From the NCBI GenBank assembly GCA_951406725.2, contig OX597826.1, forward strand, positions 68,262,001 through 68,326,000: a stretch of 64,000 nt of DNA. Direction: 5' to 3'. The notes under the pieces were generated by a model. It worked only from the letters and a program-made list of their open reading frames with translations, was not told the origin of the DNA and did not search any database. Shown here piece after piece: positions 57,091 through 64,000 of the stretch (the first letter of the stretch is position 1; the number at the start of each line of letters is the position of its first letter). The DNA comes from Octopus vulgaris. Its lineage: Eukaryota. The translations under genes and the position numbers were made by a program.

Positions 57091-57094
<4 letters not shown>
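56777..57094. repeat. About 320-bp palindrome centred near 56938, ending in (TA)n
   Basis: aaaggaaatgaagaaaatgctgac...ttatc-t-gataa...gtcagcattttcttcatttccttt. Confidence 0.97.
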
Positions 57095-57152
<58 letters not shown>

Positions 57153-57226
57153 AGCATATATATACATATACATACAAATATATGTGTGAGTATATATATA
57201 TATATTTATGTGTATGTAAATATATA

Positions 57227-57281
<55 letters not shown>

Positions 57282-58995
57282 TATATATATATGTAGAGAG
57301 AGAGAGAGATATATCAATTTTTTAAACTCTTTCAGTCAGTAGATTGTGGTCATGCTAGGACATAGCACACAAACAAACACGCATACACTTACACCCGCAC
57401 AGTGTCTTGGAGTCGTTATTCAGGTATCGTGATAGTTCCATATTAGTTGTTTGTGTTAAGATTGGAACTGTCACTCTACCCTACGGTATTAAATTTTCAC
57501 GACAATCTTGGTTTCATGTTAAGAATGAAATTATGAAATTGGTGCGTCGTTGCCGCGTTATGTAATGGTCATTAAGAGATAATAGTAATATTCTTGTAAC
57601 GAATAAAATCTTCATTGCTTTGATATAAAAATTGTTTTAGATTATTTCGCTCGAAATGCTACAAAAATATTTGTCTGCAACAGAATGTATCGGCTTCAAT
57701 GTATACACTGTATACACCATGTATATTTTCGTTTTGATGTTGTCAGGAAATTGAAATATAGAATATCTAGCTGCACCTGCTTGTCATAAAATACTTTTGA
57801 ATATAATCTCTGGGCGAAGTCATTAAACCATTTTGTTTCCAACACACTCTCTCATAGAGACGTTTGAATAAATTACCACCGCATTCATTCATATGCACGC
57901 ATGCGTACAAGTACACACGTATAGACGTACATGAGCAAACATATTCACACATCCGCACGCGTGCACTAATATCCGCTCAAATAACTACACATGTGTATCA
58001 CATATTTATTAACAGCTAATACGATAATTTATGCACATTTTACAGCGCCATAGACACCTCCTTACATTACAGACTGCAAGACTTGCACCATATACATTAC
58101 AATTGTGATAAAAACGGGATAAATACGAAAGAGACACATTTAAATATGCTGCAAACATAAATAATGATAATCGATAATCGATAATCAGCGAGGCAATAAC
58201 TTCGATGCTAAATACATAATCGAGATTTAAGTTAAAGAAGCTTAACTTTAAAAATGCTGGAGTACCGGATAAAAATGACAAGTCAAATATATTAAGATGT
58301 TTGGAGAGTAAGGGTAGAGAGACAATAGTATTTCTAGCTACAAATATTTCGTGGGTGGTTCTTCTATATTAAATAATCATGAAAGACAGCTCTGGAAATT
58401 TTGCAAGCGTTTCATGAACATCCTTTGCTGAAGCTTGCCTTGGCCTCAGGTTCTTGAGGAAAATCCGCATTATCTCCCTGTATCTTTCCTTGTCATAGAG
58501 CCCTTTCCGCAGATCTAATAAATGGTGAAACCATAAAGACATGTAATGTATGGATGTAGGAATATCAAGGTTTCCCATGTTGTGATTCCGTGATGAAGTG
58601 TGATAGAAAGAAATCGCGTAAGCAGGATTCAACTGTTAATAGTTTTAAATGTTCAAACTTGCAGAGGGTAAAGGGCTATTAGAAGAATCTGCATATATGT
58701 ATAATGCGTACGTTGGTTTAAGGTGGTTGAACGAAATAGGAGTGGACAATACATGTTAAAAAGATTATATTTGCTTATAGATACGGAAACTGAGTTTGTT
58801 TCGCGACTCGGTTTTCACCCAGTTACGAACTTCATACATACTGGTATAGCTACATACATACACACAAACACACATACATAATACATACATATATACATGC
58901 ATACATACGTACATACATACATAAATACATTAACACATACATACAGACAAGCATACATACATGCATACATACATAGATACATGCATATCTAAACA

Positions 58996-59690
58996 CGGTG
59001 GTGTGGCTGTGAGGTAAGAGGTTTGCTTACAAAACATGGTTACCGGTTCAGTCCCATTGCGTGGCACCTTGGTCAAGTACCTTCTACTGTAGATTCGAGA
59101 CGACCAACACCTCGTGAGAGGATTCAGCAGACGGAAACTGAAAGAAGTCCACCCTATATGCACACTCACACACATTATGTGAAGGTGAATGGCTCAGTAG
59201 TGAGAGCGTCGAGCTTACGATCGTGAGGTTGTGACTTCGAATCCCGGAGGGCTGCGTGTTGTGTCCTTGAGCAAGACATTTTATTTCACGTTGCTCCAGT
59301 TTACTCGGTTGTAGAAAGGAGTTGCGACGTCACAGGGACGAAGCTGTATCGGCTTTTGCCTTTCCCTTGGACAACATCAGTGGTGTGGAGAGAGGAGGCC
59401 GGTATGCATGGGTGACTGCTGGTCTTCCATAAACAACCTTGCCCAGATATGTGCCTGGGAGGGTAACATTCTAGGTGCAATCCTATGGTCAGACACTACC
59501 GAGGGGCGTCTCAGCCGATGTTCGTTTGTATATGAAACCGTAATTTAGCGTTCAGCAACAAGAGAGCAAATAAATAATCATGAGGCTTAAAATGCAAATA
59601 ACTAATGTGGTGGAACCACTGGATTAAAAAAAAAATTCCTCAAGGCGGTGCTCCAGCATGGCCTTGGTCAAATAACTGTAACAAGTAAGA
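58996..59690 (+). mobile_element. SINE family B interrupted by a second tRNA-derived SINE (about 59183-59512)
   Basis: SINE B head at 58996-59157 and tail at about 59520-59690. The nested element has A box tggctcagtag, B box gacttcgaatccc and a CORE-like gtgtccttgagcaagaca. Confidence 0.75.
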
Positions 59691-60488
59691 ATAGTTAAAA
59701 AAACAAAACAAAAATAAAACTGTATCTATCTATCTACAATATGTTCATACACACAGATCACCTGAAACTGTTCGAAGGATTCGAAACAGAAAACAGTTAC
59801 TTGCAATCGAAGGGTCGTAACACTCTTACCACTGGTCCACCTAAAACTCTTCCTGAGCGCTCCACCGTCCGTATGCAAACAAGTAAGTAAAGAAAGTCTT
59901 TCTTCACTGGTTATCTAATTACACTTCCTCCACGTTTATGGCTGCCTATTAAACAATGCAACTAACATCTGTCTTATCTTGATTGAGATGACTGGATTTA
60001 TCTTGGAAAACACACAACAATAAAGACACTCCATAAAACCATACCCCCCTCACCCCGGCTCTTAATTTCTATTTGAGGTTTTTATTGAATTATTTTATTT
60101 GCTGTTTATGTCCTCCTTTGTTTATGTTTTCGTTCAGTTCTAAAGAAATTACCGAATATCTATGCATTTAATTATTTGATGTCTGAAAAATTCATTGAGA
60201 CTGCTTTCGATGTGGCAGTTCTTTAGCCCTCGGTCAGCCTTGATCGGGTGATCCACTTGAATAGACTTACACTAAAAAAAAAACGTCCCAGCCATCAACG
60301 TTCCGTCGTTTATTGCGACATATTTTAACTTGCGGCTTGTTGAAATTCCTTCAAGATTTACTGTCTGATTCCTGGTCCATTACATATAAATGCACGGGTT
60401 CAATCTCACTGCGAAACACCTTGGGTAAGCCGCAGACTAATCAACGCCGGTTGAAAGAATTTAGTCGACGAAACTGAAAGAATCCTGT

Positions 60489-60598
<110 letters not shown>

Positions 60599-61239
60599 GT
60601 ATGTGTGTGTGTGTATTTAGTTAATAAGAGAAACGGAAGATGGAACATACGAGAATGTTTATTGATCACTACAATTGCTTCATTCTTTCGACCACTCTAC
60701 TATCGATCTCTCACGTATGAGATACTTAAGAACTAGTTTAGGAATATCCGTCGGTATAGATGGGCCTCCTCAGACGATTACAAGATGTACCTCGTTAAAA
60801 TAAACTATGGATGGATTAACCGCCAACCCGCACTCCTATAAACACAAAGTATCTATTTCATTCACTGTGTGAGCGTATGTGCGCCGAACCACTGTGTCTC
60901 TATGCTTATATCTACTTATAACGACTTCTATAATGAGGATACCGGCAGATGTACTAGATGTGGTTATTGTTGTCATTTTCTTGCTGGTTGATTGTTGTAT
61001 TATGTTGATTGTATGTTGGGGGCAATGGCGATACTTATGATTAGCACAGTGTCTTCTCTTGTAGGTACTAATCGTAGTAATTCGGATATTATGGATGTAC
61101 TCGTGTGTGGCGATGATAATTGTTTTGGTTGTGAGGGTGGTTGTGATGGAGATATAATACCCGTCGATGTTGAAGCTACCTGTGGTGTTTACTGGGTGAT
61201 GTTCATTATAAATGTGTGGTTAATATTAGCAATCGGAAA

Positions 61240-61420
61240 TTCGGTGAGATGGCAGAATCGTTAGCACGCCGGGCAACATACTTAACAGCATTTCGTCCGT
61301 CCTTACGTTCAGAGTTCAAATCCCGCGAAGCTCGACTTTACCTTTCGTCATTTCGAGGTCGATAAAATAATAATTACCACTCGAAATTGTTGGCATCGTA
61401 TCAAATTTGAAACCAATATT
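61240..61420 (+). mobile_element. Degenerate SINE family A copy
   Basis: tggcagaatcgttagcacgccgggc...gagttcaaatcccg...gtcgataaaataa. Confidence 0.75.
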
Positions 61421-62427
61421 AGCAATTAGGTTGGTATTGAAGATGGTGGTTGTTTTGTGATGATAGTGGCGGTGATGGAGTTAATAGTAGCACTCTTTGC
61501 GGATATGGCAGTGTGTGTTAGCCATTGAAATGTTATTGAAAGCGGTAGTGGTCTTTGTGGTGGTGGTGGTGGTGGTGGTAGTGATTCCTTGTAGTAATAG
61601 TAGTAAGTGCAGGAGCAAGAGGGCGAAGAGAAAAGGAAGAAATTTACAACTGAAAATATTTACCTTGATTTTAATTTTATGCTTGCAGTAAAGAGGTCAA
61701 TGAGCTCCTCCCTCCAACCCTCCTAACTTCCTAACTTCCTACCACCTATCCCTTGCGAAAACATGAATCAGTGCGAGAGAGATAGATAGATAGAGAAAGG
61801 ATGGTAGAGAGAGAGAGAGAGAGAGGGAGAGAGAAAAAGAGAAAGAGAAAACAGGCAGAGATTTCCATATGAAATAAATTTGTTGTGAACAACGAAAATC
61901 TCCAAATAAAGATCAAGTTACAACCGTGTGATTTCATGCTTTTGAATACTAAGTTTCTATGTTGTAATTTTCTTAGTATTTTCTTTTATTTTGTTACTTT
62001 CGTTTCCTGCTATTTCTGGCACAGTGTGTGAAATTGTAGTGATCCCTAATTTATTCGTCTTGTTCGTATTGTTGCTATTTGTGCCGAGAGAGGAGGGTTT
62101 TATTTCTTTCTTGTTTACAACCTAGTTAAACTTTACCTCTTATACTTCTTATCAAAGGTAATCCTATCTGTTGTTGTTTTCCAAATAGTATTTACACGTC
62201 CCATTGTCCGATGTGCGCTTTCTAATTTCAATCATTGGTATAAGATTCAGTTGACCAAAATGTTTGGATTGCTTAAAGTGCTACACACTTCGTCATTGTA
62301 ATATCCTCTTTAGATAAAACGACAAAACAAAATACGACAGAAGATAGACTATTGTGTAAAGGGTAAAATTCTTCCCCAGAATGCTATAGTAAGTCTCTCT
62401 TTTTCTCTGAATCTTCATTAAAAAATA

Positions 62428-62934
62428 CCGTAAATCCTCGAGTATAGTCCGCCCTTAGTATAATACGCAGGGAATTTTTAGGGGGCTGTACCTCTGAAAA
62501 ACCTAAACCTTGTGTATAATAGGCACCCCTTCTCTAACTTGAGTCAAGGAGGTCTATATAACGTCATTGGTTTGTAAAAATATAGAAGGTAACGTCTTTT
62601 ATTATTATTGTATATATAAAATAATGTAAACGTGTAGACTTTTTGTGCATTTTGTTTGCAGAAAATGAAGAAATAACAGTAATAACGTTTAATAAATGGT
62701 TTAATGGTTTAATAAATGGTTCTTTTATGACTTCATCGCTTTCAGACTTAGCTTAAGGTATTTTGCGCCCGACATCATAAAATGCGTCTGAATAAATAAT
62801 GCCAGACAGCAAATAGAGACTCGGACATTGCTTAGAAAATTTTTTTTTAATTTTTAACTTCGTATATAGTATGCATTAGGAATTTTGACCTTTAAATTTT
62901 GGGAAAAATGCGGATTATATTCGAGGATTTACAG
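62428..62934. mobile_element. Tc2/pogo-type MITE, second copy, inverted relative to 27505-28015
   Basis: ta|ccgtaaatcctcgagtata ... tatattcgaggatttacag|ta; the interior is the reverse complement of the 27.5-kb copy. Confidence 0.88.
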
Positions 62935-62961
62935 TATCTAATATATTTTCAAACATCTCTG

Positions 62962-63282
62962 TTAACCCTTTTCCTAAATGTCCATGCTTTTTGCCAGAAA
63001 TTTAGTCAGCCGTAGTATCGTATGCATTGAGTAATATAAACTTTCGTCTCTAAGCTTTAGCTGTTTTCTGTATTACATAGAAAACACAGAACACGCATAT
63101 ATATATATTGTTTTGGTACCTAAGCATCATAAAAGATACTCATTTTCCCAATTCATTTTCAACCAAGTTACTTTAGTGGCTTTAAAATAGTGGGGAAAGT
63201 ATGTACCTGATATGATGCTTGGTTACCAGAGAAACATGTCCTGTATATCCTATGTGATATACAAAACATGCAATGGGTTTAA
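62962..63282. mobile_element. Possible piggyBac-type MITE
   Basis: ttaa-cccttt ... aatggg-tttaa ends, plus an internal inverted repeat tggtacctaagcatcata / tatgatgcttggttacca. Confidence 0.3.
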
Positions 63283-63664
63283 TCTACGACTTCCAACAGC
63301 AATTAAGTTAAAGTTCTGGATAGAATGAACTGAATACATATCAGAACAATCTGACACAAAAGTTTATACTTTGGAGAAATAATAGCTAATAATAATTAGG
63401 GTTTTCTCAAATTAAAAGTTCTATATTCAAACTATATTCTCTCTCAAGATATAATTGCTTTCGAGCAGAATAGGACACCGATGTTCCGCAAAGTTGTTTC
63501 CGCTATAACAGTCAGAATATTACAAAAGTCTGAAAGAAGATTACACCAAAGTCTTCCTGCTTCACATATAATTTCTAGATTATAAGCGTTAGTAATGTCA
63601 CTCAAATACATATCTTCATTTCCTTCTGTCACATTTTAATTTCTATCACGTTTTCTTTTACTTT

Positions 63665-63980
63665 TCTTTTTTTTCTTTTATTTGTTTCAGTCATTTTGAT
63701 TGTAGCCATGTTGGAGCACCGAATTTAGTCGAACAAATCGACCCCAGGACTTGAATATCGCTTTATCGTTCACCTTTTACTTCTGTCATGAGACGGTGAC
63801 CACGCTGGGGCACTTCCTAGTCGCACGAATTGACCCCAGTACTTATTTTGCTTTATCGTTTTAAGTCTCGTACTTATTTTATCGATCTCTTTTACCGAAC
63901 CGCTATATGGCAGAAACGTAAACAGCCTAACACCGGTTGTCAAGCGATAGTGGAGAAGACACAAAAACGCAAATGCACAG
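63665..63980 (-). mobile_element. SINE family B 3' half
   Basis: ttgtttcagtcatt...ggagcacc...tcgaccccagga...caccggttgtcaagcgat. Confidence 0.7.
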
Positions 63981-64000
63981 ACATCTATCTATATATCTAT

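Overview
AT-rich eukaryotic intronic or intergenic DNA that is dense in microsatellites. The repeat content resembles octopod cephalopod (Octopus-like) genomes; this is inference from the SINE families and was not checked by search. No intact host gene could be identified, and almost all ORFs in the track are microsatellite artefacts. Recognisable elements: many tRNA-derived SINE copies of several families; a nearly intact 3' fragment of an R4/Dong-type RLE non-LTR retrotransposon inside (TAA)n; a decayed RTE-type LINE 3' end; non-autonomous Helitrons; two inverted copies of a Tc2/pogo-type MITE; and other possible MITEs. The most interesting signal is a dispersed set of minimal hammerhead-ribozyme (HHR) motifs with palindromic stem III, typical of Penelope-like elements (PLEs). 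They occur (i) in short modules embedded in (TA)n, (ii) inside four large DNA palindromes, two with a U3-A8 covariant core, and (iii) as the tail of an element with a tRNA-like Pol III head. One SINE subfamily also appears to insert preferentially at GGTAT sites, including inside a sister SINE. All alignments were done by eye, so boundaries are approximate.
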